From contig CAKOKX010000001.1 of NCBI GenBank assembly GCA_934096035.1, forward strand, positions 694,989 to 758,988: a stretch of DNA of 64,000 nt. Direction: 5' to 3'. The notes below the pieces were generated by a model. That model was not told the DNA's origin. It ran no database searches and saw nothing but the letters and a program-made list of their open reading frames with translations. Source of the stretch: an uncultured Bacilli bacterium (lineage in GTDB: Bacteria; Bacillota_I; Bacilli_A; RF39; UBA660). Positions 1 through 9,615 of this stretch are shown piece after piece. The translations under genes and the position numbers were made by a program. Position 1 is the stretch's first letter. Every line of letters begins with the position of its first letter.

Positions 1-1
1 A

Positions 2-916
2 TTGAAAGAATATATAGAAACTCATAAAAGATATGTTAAATTTTATAATGATAGAAACTTAGAATTTGAAGATATGTTAATTAGTGATTATAATCATATC
101 AGAGCATTTATTAAAATTGAAGATGGATGTGATAACTTCTGTAGTTATTGTATTATTCCTTATGTTCGAGGAAGTGTAAGATCAAAAAACTTTGAAACAG
201 TAATTAAGGAAGCAAAATTACTTACTCAAAAAGGACATAAAGAAATAGTGTTAACGGGTATTCATACCGGACATTATATGGATAACAATCATGATTTAAC
301 AGACCTCATTAATGAATTGTCAAAAATTGATGACTTATTAAGAATAAGAATATCAAGTATTGAAATAACTGAGTTAAATGATAAATTCTTAAATATGTTA
401 AGTGAAAATAAAAAAGTATGTGATCACTTACATATTCCATTACAAGCTGGTAGTAATGAAATTCTAAAAAGAATGAATCGTAAGTATGATTTAAAATATT
501 ATGAAGACAAAATAAATAAAATTAGAATGATTAGACCTGATATATCTATAACAACAGATATAATCGTAGGTTTTCCTTATGAAACAGATGAATTATTTAA
601 TGAAACATTAGAATTTTCCCGAAAAATGAATTTTAGTAAAATCCATGTCTTTCCATATTCGATACGTATAGGTACAAGTGCAGCTAATATGCCTAATCAA
701 GTAGATGAAAAAGTAAAAAAAGAGAGAGTTAAAAAACTAATGGATTTAAGTGAAGTAATGGAAAAAGAATATTACAATAAATTTGTGGGTAAAGAACTTG
801 ATATTTTAGTAGAAGAGTGCGATAATAATGTAAGTATTGGTCACTCTAGTAATTATCTAATGGTAACATTAAATGAAACGCTAGAAGTAGGTCAAATATA
901 TAAAAGGATTATATGA
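2..916 (+). CDS. MiaB-family radical SAM methylthiotransferase (MtaB/YqeV-like); the window begins inside the gene, so the 5' end is missing
   Basis: CDNFCSYC radical-SAM CxxxCxxC cluster, followed by a TRAM-like C-terminus. The ORF is open to the window start. Confidence 0.7.
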   Translation: MKEYIETHKRYVKFYNDRNLEFEDMLISDYNHIRAFIKIEDGCDNFCSYCIIPYVRGSVRSKNFETVIKEAKLLTQKGHKEIVLTGIHTGHYMDNNHDLTDLINELSKIDDLLRIRISSIEITELNDKFLNMLSENKKVCDHLHIPLQAGSNEILKRMNRKYDLKYYEDKINKIRMIRPDISITTDIIVGFPYETDELFNETLEFSRKMNFSKIHVFPYSIRIGTSAANMPNQVDEKVKKERVKKLMDLSEVMEKEYYNKFVGKELDILVEECDNNVSIGHSSNYLMVTLNETLEVGQIYKRII

Positions 917-3087
917 ATTACATTAAAGGAAAATTAAAAAAACTTATATTTTATAGTAAAGAAAGTGGCTTTGTAGTCGCTTTATTTCGCGTTAAGGAGT
1001 CTAATCTAAAAGAAGTTGAAGCAAATAAAACAATAACTATAACAGGTTCGTTTCTAGACCCAAGTATAGATGTACCCATGACTTTATATGGAAATTATAA
1101 AAAAAATGAAAAGTGGGGCATGCAATTTGTAGTGGATTCTTATGAAGTAGAAAAACCAACTACCAAAGAAGCTGTTGAAGAATTTTTATCTAGTCCTTTC
1201 GTCGAAGGTTGTGGTGAAGTAACAGCTAAAAGAATCGTGGAAGAATTCGGAGAAAAGGCTATTGATATAATAAAAAATGATAAAGATAAATTATTATTAA
1301 TCGAAGGAATAACTGATAAAAGAAAAGAAAAAATATATGCTTCACTAATTAATTATGATAAAAGTGGAGATACAATTATTAAGTTACAAAATTTAGGATT
1401 TTCTCCGGTAGAATGTTACAAAATATATAATTATTTTAAAGCAGATATTGATTATATTTTAGAAAATAACTTTTATTTAATAAGTGAAATAATTGATTTT
1501 AGAAAAGTGGATAGTATATATGTAAATGCTTACGGAGATAAGACAGATGCTAGAGTATATGCCTGTATTTTAGAAAGTATGAAAATGTTATCTTTTACAA
1601 ACGGCGATACTTATTATTATGCTGATGAAGTAAAAAAAGAATTATTAAAGGAATTTTTTATAGAGCTTACTGAAGATGTTTTTAACGAATGTTTAGATTA
1701 TCTTGAAGAGAATAATGATGTAGTGCGTGTTGAAAAAAGAATATATTTAAAATCGTACTATGAAAAAGAAATAAATATTGCCATGAATTTAAAAAAGATA
1801 GATAGTAAAGCTCCGAAGATGTTTTATAATATTGATGAAAAATTAAAGGAACTTGAAGAAAAACTTAAAATTAATTATAATGAAACTCAAGAAAAAGCAA
1901 TAAAAGGAGCCTTAAATAATAATATAACCATTATTTCCGGGGGACCTGGAACAGGTAAAACAACCATTATAAATGCCATTGTTAAACTATATATTGAAAA
2001 AGAAAAATTAGGATCTGCAGATATTATGGAAACTATAGCATTATTAGCCCCAACTGGTAGAGCAGCCAAAAAAATGAATTCATCTACAGGTATTCCAGCT
2101 TACACAATTCATAGGTACTTAAAGTGGTATAAAGATAGTAATGAGTTTGTTTACAATGAATTTAATAAAACTCATCACAAATTAATTATTGTCGATGAAG
2201 TAAGTATGATTGATGTTGATTTATTTAATGCATTATTAAATGGGATAAATAGCAATATTAAGCTTATTCTTGTCGGAGATACATTCCAACTTCCAAGTGT
2301 GGGACCAGGTCTTGTTTTAAATGAGCTTATTGAAAGTGATTATTTTAATTATATACCTTTAAATCAAATTTATCGTCAAAGTGATAACTCTTATATTCCA
2401 TTTTTAGCTAAAGAAATAAAAAATAATGATTTAAGTGAAGAATTTCTAACTAAAAAAGATGACTATAACTTTGTAAAAGTAGACTCAAGTAATATTAAAG
2501 AAGCAGTAACTCAGATTACAAATTATTCTTTAAGTAAAGGTCTTGATGAGAGAAATGTTCAAGTATTAGCACCAATGTATAAGGGAGAAGCTGGAATAGA
2601 TGCATTAAACGTTATCTTGCAAAACATTTATAATCCAAGTAAAAGAAATAAAGAAGAAGTAATATATGGTGATTATATTTATCGGGAAGATGATAAAGTT
2701 CTTCAGCTAGTTAATGATTTAGATAATAATGTATTTAATGGCGATATCGGCTTTATTGAAAGAATAACTGGTAACAAAATAATCATCGATTTTGATGGTA
2801 ATAAAGTAGAGTATGAGAAAAAAGACTTAAAAAACATTAAACATGCCTATGCTATAAGTATTCACAAGAGCCAAGGTAGTGAATTTATGCATGTTATAAT
2901 GCCAATAAGTACCAGTTACTATAAAATGCTTTATAATAAATTAATTTATACTGGAGTAAGTAGAGCTAAAAAGAGTCTAACTCTTGTCGGAGATCCAGCC
3001 GCTTTCCAAAGAGCAGTTAATAATAATTATTCATCAAGTAGAAAAACAAGTTTAAAAGAACAAATAAGTATAGTATATAATAAATAA
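913..3087 (+). CDS. recD2: RecD2-type ATP-dependent DNA helicase
   Basis: Walker A motif GGPGTGKTT; Walker B motif LIIVDEVSM; a helix-hairpin-helix N-terminal domain; a RecD-like SH3/C-terminal domain; 724 aa. Confidence 0.8.
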   Translation: MNYIKGKLKKLIFYSKESGFVVALFRVKESNLKEVEANKTITITGSFLDPSIDVPMTLYGNYKKNEKWGMQFVVDSYEVEKPTTKEAVEEFLSSPFVEGCGEVTAKRIVEEFGEKAIDIIKNDKDKLLLIEGITDKRKEKIYASLINYDKSGDTIIKLQNLGFSPVECYKIYNYFKADIDYILENNFYLISEIIDFRKVDSIYVNAYGDKTDARVYACILESMKMLSFTNGDTYYYADEVKKELLKEFFIELTEDVFNECLDYLEENNDVVRVEKRIYLKSYYEKEINIAMNLKKIDSKAPKMFYNIDEKLKELEEKLKINYNETQEKAIKGALNNNITIISGGPGTGKTTIINAIVKLYIEKEKLGSADIMETIALLAPTGRAAKKMNSSTGIPAYTIHRYLKWYKDSNEFVYNEFNKTHHKLIIVDEVSMIDVDLFNALLNGINSNIKLILVGDTFQLPSVGPGLVLNELIESDYFNYIPLNQIYRQSDNSYIPFLAKEIKNNDLSEEFLTKKDDYNFVKVDSSNIKEAVTQITNYSLSKGLDERNVQVLAPMYKGEAGIDALNVILQNIYNPSKRNKEEVIYGDYIYREDDKVLQLVNDLDNNVFNGDIGFIERITGNKIIIDFDGNKVEYEKKDLKNIKHAYAISIHKSQGSEFMHVIMPISTSYYKMLYNKLIYTGVSRAKKSLTLVGDPAAFQRAVNNNYSSSRKTSLKEQISIVYNK

Positions 3088-3118
3088 AATTGTTCATAAT
3101 AATACCAGAGGTGGAAAA

Positions 3119-3280
3119 ATGAAAAATATGTTAAAAGCCGTTGGGCTACTTGGTGCTATGGCAGCTATCGGTGGGGGTATTTATTTAATGCAAGATAAAA
3201 AAACAATGAAAAAAGCTGGTAAAAAAGTAATTAGTGCCATGGATAGTGCAGAAAGCATGATAGCTAAGAAAATAAACTAA
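3119..3280 (+). CDS. small membrane protein (53 aa), not in the ORF track
   Basis: A GAGGTGG ribosome-binding site lies 6 nt upstream of the ATG. There is one hydrophobic helix (AVGLLGAMAAIGGGIYL) and a basic tail. A terminator hairpin follows the stop directly. Confidence 0.4.
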   Translation: MKNMLKAVGLLGAMAAIGGGIYLMQDKKTMKKAGKKVISAMDSAESMIAKKIN

Positions 3281-3307
3281 AAAAGGATAAAAACTATCCT
3301 TTTTTTC
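3281..3307. terminator. bidirectional rho-independent terminator
   Basis: An AGGATA/TATCCT stem flanked by an A-run and a T7 run. It overlaps the stop codon of the minus-strand ORF 3294..3992. Confidence 0.5.
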
Positions 3308-3992
3308 GTGTTAAATAACAATCACATTCATATTCATTAATTGCTCTTAGCTTTTCATCAGCAATTCTTTTAATCATCATAGCTTGTAACTTTTCTTTAA
3401 TTTCTGGTATTCTTTTAGGTACATTAAATGGATCCACATAAAATTCTTTTCTATACAAAGGTGCATACATAGCTTCATTTAATAAAAATCCATCAATATC
3501 AAGAGTGCCAAATAAAGAAACAATTCCATTTTTGGTAGAAACATCTTCTCGACATATAAAGTTTTCTTCTTCTTTATCAAATATTATTCTTGTAAAAGAA
3601 TCAGACATTTCTAAATTATGTTCAAAAGAATAAATAAATTCTTTGTATAAACCAGGAATAATTAATTCCTTGAAAGGCAATAAATCTCTATTAAATAAAT
3701 TACCATAATCTTTTTTTATTAGAAATCTTTCTCTTTGAATATATTCTTTTTCTTGATTATGATGGAAGATAAATAAAGTATAACAATTTTGTCTAGTACA
3801 TGGTTCACTTTTTTCTTTTTCAATAATAGCAAAATTTTCATCATCTAGCCATTTAAAAATAAATTTTCCTTTATGAAAATACAAAACAACTCCATTTACA
3901 TCTTTAACTTTTATTGAATCTTTATTAATAATTACCATTAAATTCATCTTTGGTATTATAGTTTCTGTCATACAAATCTCCTTTTTCTTCAT
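3294..3992 (-). CDS. hypothetical protein (232 aa)
   Basis: A long ORF with a plausible start. I recognise no motifs in it. Confidence 0.5.
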   Translation of the reverse strand: MKKKEICMTETIIPKMNLMVIINKDSIKVKDVNGVVLYFHKGKFIFKWLDDENFAIIEKEKSEPCTRQNCYTLFIFHHNQEKEYIQRERFLIKKDYGNLFNRDLLPFKELIIPGLYKEFIYSFEHNLEMSDSFTRIIFDKEEENFICREDVSTKNGIVSLFGTLDIDGFLLNEAMYAPLYRKEFYVDPFNVPKRIPEIKEKLQAMMIKRIADEKLRAINEYECDCYLTRKKG

Positions 3993-4062
3993 ATTATAGC
4001 ATATACCTTAAAATATGACAATTTTTTTATGTTTTTTGTGCTAGTATAAAGCTGGTGATGAT

Positions 4063-4506
4063 ATGAAAAAGTATTTAAAAATTCTGGGAGTAGCAATTAT
4101 ATTCGGGGGAATATTAGCTTATCTTTTTTATTATGATATTAATAAAGAGGTTCGTGCTATATCCAAAAAAGAAGAAGTTGTAACCCTTTTTCAAGTCGGA
4201 GTATTTAAAGACTACAATAACGCTTCAGCTTTTTCTGAAACTTTTCCATCAAGCCTAATTTATAAAGATAATGACTATTATAGAGTTATTATTGCTATAA
4301 GTTATCACGAAGAGACAAAGCTAAAGTTAGAATCAATATATCAAAATAATGAGATAGAATATTATGAAAAAGAAATCAGAATAAATAAAGATTTTATTGA
4401 AAAAATAAGTAATTATGAATCAATAATTTTAAAAAGTAATAAAGATGAAGTAATAAATAATGTTAACAATAGTATTTTAAATATATTTTCATCATATATT
4501 AATTGA
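4063..4506 (+). CDS. membrane protein with a SPOR-like domain
   Basis: An N-terminal transmembrane helix, then FQVGVFKDYNNASAF...YYRVIIAIS, which resembles the SPOR peptidoglycan-binding fold. Confidence 0.4.
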   Translation: MKKYLKILGVAIIFGGILAYLFYYDINKEVRAISKKEEVVTLFQVGVFKDYNNASAFSETFPSSLIYKDNDYYRVIIAISYHEETKLKLESIYQNNEIEYYEKEIRINKDFIEKISNYESIILKSNKDEVINNVNNSILNIFSSYIN

Positions 4507-4525
4507 TTTTATCCATAATAAAAAT

Positions 4526-5185
4526 ATGATAAAAAAATATAAAGATTACATTTTATTATTAATAGTATTTTTATTATTTATATTCTCAGGTAGTATAAAT
4601 AGATTTTTAATTGCTATAAATCCTAATTTAGATACTAAAAATATTGAATTAAATTATGATAAATATCTAAAAGAAGAACTAGATAATATAAAGAAAATAA
4701 ATAATATAGAATTTAATAATGATTTGAATCTACAAGTAAGTAGAGTTAAATATCGTAATGTTTATGAATATTCTGATACACTAACTATTTATAAGGGATT
4801 TAAAAATAATGTTTTTGTTAATGACGTTGTTTTAAATAATGATGGTCTTATAGGAATTGTAACTAAAACTTATGATTATTATTCTATCGTAACACTAATA
4901 ACTAATAAAAGTAGTAATATATCCGTTAAAATAAATGACGCTATAGGCATTCTTAAAGTTATTGATAATACTTTGGTAGTAACCAATATAAATAATTATG
5001 AAAAAGTAAATATAGATGATGAAATATATACTTCAGGTCTTGGTAATTTACCAGATAATATTTATATAGGAAAAGTAAAAAGTATTAATTTAAATAATAC
5101 GGAAATAGAAAAAGTAATTGAAGTAGACCTAAATGATAGATTAGAAAAATTAGATTATGTCTTTATAAGGAGTAACCATGATTAA
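4526..5185 (+). CDS. mreC: rod shape-determining protein MreC
   Basis: An N-terminal transmembrane helix; a DGLIGIVTK motif matching the MreC GLVGKV motif; and TSGLGNLPDNIYIGKV matching the MreC TSGLGG-FP-G-PVG motif. Confidence 0.6.
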   Translation: MIKKYKDYILLLIVFLLFIFSGSINRFLIAINPNLDTKNIELNYDKYLKEELDNIKKINNIEFNNDLNLQVSRVKYRNVYEYSDTLTIYKGFKNNVFVNDVVLNNDGLIGIVTKTYDYYSIVTLITNKSSNISVKINDAIGILKVIDNTLVVTNINNYEKVNIDDEIYTSGLGNLPDNIYIGKVKSINLNNTEIEKVIEVDLNDRLEKLDYVFIRSNHD

Positions 5186-5558
5186 TATATTTTTAGATTG
5201 CTTAATATATAATTTTACACCTTATAAATCATTTTTCTTTCTATCAAGTATTAATAATAAAAGTATAGTTTATAATATTGCAACAGGTTTATTTATAGAT
5301 ATATTTATTATTCATACATATTTTCTTAATACTATATTTATCATTTTGTTTTATATATTACATAAAGTAATTAAAATAAATTATTATAATATTATAAATT
5401 ATTATTTATTTAATATAACAACAATATTTATCTATTATATTATATTTTCATATCTTTATAATTTTAAAAATATCTTTTTTAATATGTTTATAATTAATAC
5501 CATATTTATTCTTTTATGTTATATGAAAGATACCAAAAGCATAAAATTGTATAGGTGA
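5178..5558 (+). CDS. mreD: rod shape-determining protein MreD-like polytopic membrane protein
   Basis: 126 aa and very hydrophobic. It overlaps the mreC stop, which is the canonical mreCD arrangement. Confidence 0.45.
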   Translation: MINIFLDCLIYNFTPYKSFFFLSSINNKSIVYNIATGLFIDIFIIHTYFLNTIFIILFYILHKVIKINYYNIINYYLFNITTIFIYYIIFSYLYNFKNIFFNMFIINTIFILLCYMKDTKSIKLYR

Positions 5559-5562
5559 GATA

Positions 5563-6159
5563 ATGGACGAATATATTAGTAATGCTAAAAAAAGAAGAAA
5601 TAAAAAAAGTTTTAATTTTAATAATAAAAGTCTTAAAAGTTTTATATCTAAATTTTTACTTGCTATAATATTTTTCTTATCTAGTATAATATTTACTAAT
5701 ATAAATGATAAAAATCTTTTGTTATATAAAGAATATGTCTTAACAGAAAGCCTACCTTTTACTAAAATAAAAGGATGGTATGAAGAATTATTTGGAGAAG
5801 TATTACCTAAGGATGATAATAATAAAATGGTTATAAAAGGTCATTTAGTTTATAAAAATATTGAAAATTATAAAGATGGGGAAGTTCTAACTTTAACCGC
5901 TAATACTCTAATAAATAGTTTTCAAAGTGGGATAGTAGTTTACTGCGGAGAAAAAGATGATTATGGAAATACAGTCATTATCCAAGGTGTAGATGGGGTA
6001 GATATTTGGTATGGAAATTTAACTAATGTTTCAGTTAAATTATATGATTACGTTGAAAAAGATAAATTAATTGGTGAAACAAATAGCGATTTACTTTATT
6101 TAGTTATCAAGAAAGATAATAATTATCTAAAATATGAAGATTATCAAGCTGGATTATAG
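5563..6159 (+). CDS. degenerate M23/LytM-domain protein (SpoIVFA-like position)
   Basis: An N-terminal transmembrane helix and a C-terminal region GIVVYCGEKDDYGNTVIIQGVDGVDIWYGNL that resembles an M23 peptidase fold without obvious catalytic histidines. It lies directly upstream of the M50 protease, as spoIVFA does in B. subtilis. Confidence 0.45.
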   Translation: MDEYISNAKKRRNKKSFNFNNKSLKSFISKFLLAIIFFLSSIIFTNINDKNLLLYKEYVLTESLPFTKIKGWYEELFGEVLPKDDNNKMVIKGHLVYKNIENYKDGEVLTLTANTLINSFQSGIVVYCGEKDDYGNTVIIQGVDGVDIWYGNLTNVSVKLYDYVEKDKLIGETNSDLLYLVIKKDNNYLKYEDYQAGL

Positions 6160-6880
6160 TATAGTTTTTATTCTTTTAACCTTACTTTTATGTGGATATA
6201 TAAGAATAGGCTTAATTATACTATTTATTGTTTTATTTCATGAACTTGGACATGTTTTAGTATGTTTATTTTTTAAATATAAAATAATTAATGTCACCAT
6301 ATATCCTTTCGGTGGTATAACTAAAATAGAAAAAGATATAAATACTAATCCGAGTAAAGAATTAATTCTCGCTTTTGCAGGAATTTTTATGCAAGTAATA
6401 TTAATATTTATAGTAAAAATATTTTCTATTCATGATTATGATCTGTTTTTAAAATATAATTATAGTATAATGTTATTTAATTTGCTTCCAATTATTCCTT
6501 TAGATGGAAGCATTATAGTAAATAGCATTTTAAATAAGTTTTTTTCTTTTAAAAAATCATATATCTTATACATTATTATAAGTATTATATCTGTTTTTTT
6601 ATATGTATTAATTAATTATAAATATAGTGTAAATAATTATTTAATAATAGGTATCTTTTTATATAAAATATATTATTCAATTAAAGAATATAAATACATT
6701 TATAATAGATTTTTACTTGAAAGGTATTTAAAAAAATATAAATTCAATAACATAAGTACTAAAAAGGGAAATTTAGATATATTAAAACTAGATACATATC
6801 AATATTTTAAAGAAGATGAAAAAATAGTAAGTGAGGCTAAAAAACTAGAAGAAAGGTTTGACAAATACAAGTATTTTTGA
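6134..6880 (+). CDS. M50 family site-2 metalloprotease (SpoIVFB-like)
   Basis: A HELGH zinc-binding motif inside a transmembrane helix; multiple transmembrane segments; an LDG motif. Its position before rplU matches the B. subtilis order spoIVFB-rplU. Confidence 0.65.
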   Translation: MKIIKLDYSIVFILLTLLLCGYIRIGLIILFIVLFHELGHVLVCLFFKYKIINVTIYPFGGITKIEKDINTNPSKELILAFAGIFMQVILIFIVKIFSIHDYDLFLKYNYSIMLFNLLPIIPLDGSIIVNSILNKFFSFKKSYILYIIISIISVFLYVLINYKYSVNNYLIIGIFLYKIYYSIKEYKYIYNRFLLERYLKKYKFNNISTKKGNLDILKLDTYQYFKEDEKIVSEAKKLEERFDKYKYF

Positions 6881-6886
6881 TAAAAT
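6858..6886 (+). promoter_or_regulatory. sigma-A type promoter for the rplU operon
   Basis: TTGACA, a 17-nt spacer, then TAAAAT. The promoter lies across the stop codon of the M50 protease gene. Confidence 0.4.
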
Positions 6887-6892
6887 TAATAT

Positions 6893-6988
6893 GTTTTTAA
6901 GTAATTTCTTAAAAAACCGCACAGAAAAGGTTATAAAACTGATAGTTACCTTAATGGCGCGACTTCAAAAAATATAAGGAGGTATGAA
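6893..6988 (+). ncRNA. candidate ribosomal protein L21 leader (5' UTR cis-regulatory RNA)
   Basis: An untranslated leader of about 95 nt with GC-rich segments (CCGCACAG...GGCGCGAC) in an AT-rich context. Low-GC Gram-positives carry a conserved L21 leader before rplU. Confidence 0.3.
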
Positions 6989-7282
6989 ATGAAAGCTATA
7001 TTTGAAACTGGTGGAAAACAATATTATGTTTCTGTTGGGGATACTATTTTTGTTGAAAAATTAGATGCAGAAGTAGGAAGCGATGTTACATTTGACAAAG
7101 TTTTATTTGCAGATGGTAAAGCTGGAAACCCATATGTTGATGCGAAAGTTGTATGTACTGTTGAAAAACATGGAAAAAACAAAAAGATTAAAGTGTTTAA
7201 ATACAGACCAAAGAAAAAATATCGTAAGACTCAAGGTCATAGACAACCATATACTAAATTAGTTGTTAAGAAAATTGGTTAA
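6989..7282 (+). CDS. rplU: 50S ribosomal protein L21
   Basis: [12 protein letters not shown]... is canonical L21. It is preceded by an AAGGAGG ribosome-binding site. Confidence 0.9.
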   Translation: MKAIFETGGKQYYVSVGDTIFVEKLDAEVGSDVTFDKVLFADGKAGNPYVDAKVVCTVEKHGKNKKIKVFKYRPKKKYRKTQGHRQPYTKLVVKKIG

Positions 7283-7581
7283 TGATAAAAGTTAATATTA
7301 AAAATAATATCATTATTATAACTGGACATGCAGGATATGATGATTTTGGAAAAGATATCGTATGTGCATCAGTATCATCGATTGTTATTACAAGTATCAA
7401 TTTATGTTTAAAATTTAATAAAGAAAGTATTAAATATAAAGAAGAGAAGGATAAATTAACAATTGAAATATTAAGTAATGATGATAATATTACATTAACA
7501 ATTGAAAATATGCTTATGATGCTTGAAGAACTTGCATCGACATACAAAAAAAATATTAAAATAATTAAGGAGGAAATATAA
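7282..7581 (+). CDS. prp: ribosomal-processing cysteine protease Prp (YsxB)
   Basis: [20 protein letters not shown] motif. It sits between rplU and rpmA, as in other Firmicutes. Confidence 0.8.
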   Translation: MIKVNIKNNIIIITGHAGYDDFGKDIVCASVSSIVITSINLCLKFNKESIKYKEEKDKLTIEILSNDDNITLTIENMLMMLEELASTYKKNIKIIKEEI

Positions 7582-7865
7582 TGAATTTCATGAAGTTAAA
7601 TATCCAATTATTTGCACATGTTAAGGCTCAAGGTTCTACTAAAAATGGTAGAGACTCAGCAGGTCGTAGACTTGGTGCTAAAGCTGCAGATGGTGAGACA
7701 GTATCAGCCGGATCAATCCTTTATCGTCAAAGAGGAACAAGAATTTATCCAGGTACAAATGTTGGAATAGGTAAAGATGACACATTATTTGCAAAAGTAA
7801 CTGGTGTTGTTAAATATGAAAGACTAGGAAAGAATAAGAAAAAGGTAAGCGTATACGAAGCATAA
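7581..7865 (+). CDS. rpmA: 50S ribosomal protein L27 (with N-terminal propeptide)
   Basis: ...[19 protein letters not shown]..., the conserved L27 core. Confidence 0.9.
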   Translation: MNFMKLNIQLFAHVKAQGSTKNGRDSAGRRLGAKAADGETVSAGSILYRQRGTRIYPGTNVGIGKDDTLFAKVTGVVKYERLGKNKKKVSVYEA

Positions 7866-7893
7866 GTATTCGCTTTTTTAATATGGAGGGTTT

Positions 7894-8532
7894 ATGAAAT
7901 ATGATAATGAATTATTTCTTTTAAGTGAATTCTTTTCACATAATACAATAAATAAAAAAGATAGCAGAGAAATATCTGATAAAAAAAGAAAATTGTTTAG
8001 AATAGTATTAAAGGAATTTAGAAAAGAAACGAATTTGCAAGAGGGATTTTGCAAAATAAAGTTTATGGATCGTTTCTGGGGTGAATGTGATAAAGGTTAT
8101 ACTTTAGTTAAAGAATTGGTTGAAAATGATGCTTTTAAAAGTTTTTCAAAAGATTACTTAATTTATATAACGGATTTTTCAAATTTTTATGATGAATCAC
8201 ATTCTAGTTTCTATGAATTAACTTGGGATTATCAAACTTATTTTGAATTTATGAGATATCATAAAATCATCAAAGAATTAATGGAAATGCCTGAAAATGT
8301 TCGAAATGCTGCAGTTGAATCTATTGGTAGCACAATTGAATCCGCAAAACAAAAGCTTGAAACTAATAAAGGTCTTTGTCCAAAAATTGGACATAGTATT
8401 AGTAAATGGCATAAAATGGAAGGTGAAAATGGTAAGTCTCCATTCTGGTATGGAACATGCACAAAATGTGGAGAAACCCAAATTACTAGAAAAGATCCAA
8501 ATGGAATAAAATTAGAAAGAAACAAAAAATAA
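7894..8532 (+). CDS. hypothetical protein with a C-terminal zinc-ribbon-like Cys/His cluster
   Basis: A GGAGGG ribosome-binding site; the C-terminus reads CPKIGH...CTKCGE. It occupies the slot after rpmA. Confidence 0.5.
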   Translation: MKYDNELFLLSEFFSHNTINKKDSREISDKKRKLFRIVLKEFRKETNLQEGFCKIKFMDRFWGECDKGYTLVKELVENDAFKSFSKDYLIYITDFSNFYDESHSSFYELTWDYQTYFEFMRYHKIIKELMEMPENVRNAAVESIGSTIESAKQKLETNKGLCPKIGHSISKWHKMEGENGKSPFWYGTCTKCGETQITRKDPNGIKLERNKK

Positions 8533-8558
8533 AACTCGTAACAGAGTTTTATTTTTTA
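8532..8558 (+). terminator. rho-independent terminator
   Basis: AAACTC-GTAACA-GAGTTT hairpin followed by a T-run. Confidence 0.5.
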
Positions 8559-8680
8559 TCCTTTATAATTATTTCTAAATCATGTTTATCTGCAATATCT
8601 AGTAAATCACTAAAGTAATAGTATATATTTGCCTTATATCTTGATATTGTAGAATGACTTATTATCTACTTCTTCCACAT

Positions 8681-8767
8681 TCATTGGAATATTCCCATTG
8701 AAAGTCCTTGAGCTAATAGAATGTCAATTTCTACTTTCTTTTTTTCCGTTAATTGTTTATAATTCAT
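8681..8767 (-). pseudogene. 28-aa ORF resembling the N-terminal helix-turn-helix of an IS30-family transposase (remnant)
   Basis: An AGGAGG ribosome-binding site. MNYKQLTEKKKVEIDILLAQGLSMGIFQ* fits the M-x-Y-x-x-L-T-x-x-x-[KR]-x-x-I-x-x-L pattern of IS30 N-termini. The ORF then stops. Confidence 0.3.
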
Positions 8768-8807
8768 ATAGGAGCCTCCTTGCCGGGATTTGGCTCCTTT
8801 ATTATAT

Positions 8808-8835
8808 CAAAAAGCCGCACCCAAGTGGTGCGGTT
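8808..8835 (-). terminator. second GC-rich hairpin followed by a T-run
   Basis: On the minus strand: AACCGCACC-ACTTG-GGTGCGG-CTTTTT. Confidence 0.4.
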
Positions 8836-8851
8836 CAATTTTCAATTTAGG

Positions 8852-8878
8852 AAAAAGATACACGTGATTGTGTATCTA
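8852..8878 (-). terminator. rho-independent terminator of trmB
   Basis: On the minus strand: an AGATACAC-AATCAC-GTGTATCT hairpin followed by TTTTT. Confidence 0.55.
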
Positions 8879-8885
8879 TTTTGTT

Positions 8886-9524
8886 TTATTCATCAAATGT
8901 AGCATCTACATAGTAGATTGGTCTACCTTCTTTTTCATATTGTTTTTCAAAATCAGTCATGATATTACTAATTTGTCTTTCATCATGATGTAAGTCTAGA
9001 CTAACTTTATTAAAAGTGTACCAATATTGTGATAAAGTTTCTAATGAATAAGCAAATAAACCTTTGTTGTCGGTTTTTAAAATAATGTGTTTGTTCTTCT
9101 TGAAAATCTTGTCATAAAGCTTTAAATAACTTATGTGCGTAAATCTATTTTTCTCATCAATTCCTTTTGGCCATGGTTCTGAAAAAGTCAAATATATGGT
9201 AGATATTTCTTTTCCAAAAATTTTATCAATATTTCTAGCATCATCATTAATAAGTTTTAAATTAGTTATTTTTTCTGATTTTAATTTTTCAGTAGCCATC
9301 ACCATTTGCGATGGATAAAGTTCAAGTCCAATAAAGTTTACATTTGGATATTTTTTTGCCATGTTTATGATAAAATCTCCACGTCCCATTCCAAGTTCTA
9401 AAGAAATAGGATTCTTGTTACCAAATAAGTCATGCCATTTATTTTTATATTTATAAGGATCTTTAACAAAAAATTTACTTTCTGCAATTATTTTATCAGC
9501 GTTTTTAATTTTATTATATTCCAT
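8886..9524 (-). CDS. trmB: tRNA (guanine-N7)-methyltransferase
   Basis: 212 aa. An SAM-binding motif LELGMGRGDF. The length and motifs are typical of TrmB. Confidence 0.8.
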   Translation of the reverse strand: MEYNKIKNADKIIAESKFFVKDPYKYKNKWHDLFGNKNPISLELGMGRGDFIINMAKKYPNVNFIGLELYPSQMVMATEKLKSEKITNLKLINDDARNIDKIFGKEISTIYLTFSEPWPKGIDEKNRFTHISYLKLYDKIFKKNKHIILKTDNKGLFAYSLETLSQYWYTFNKVSLDLHHDERQISNIMTDFEKQYEKEGRPIYYVDATFDE

Positions 9525-9615
9525 AGTTTTTCCTTCTTTCCTAAAGATTATATCATTAATTTTTATTTATGTAAAATTAATTTGACAAAAATATTCAAAA
9601 ATTAGCAGTTATATA

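Noticed and set aside
1887-2069. 60-aa minus-strand ORF inside recD2
   Set aside because: It is fully embedded antisense in a well-supported helicase gene, has no ribosome-binding site and has a hydrophobic junk composition.
7266-7547. 93-aa minus-strand ORF antisense to prp
   Set aside because: It lies antisense to a conserved ribosomal-operon gene and has low-complexity Ser/Ile-rich content.
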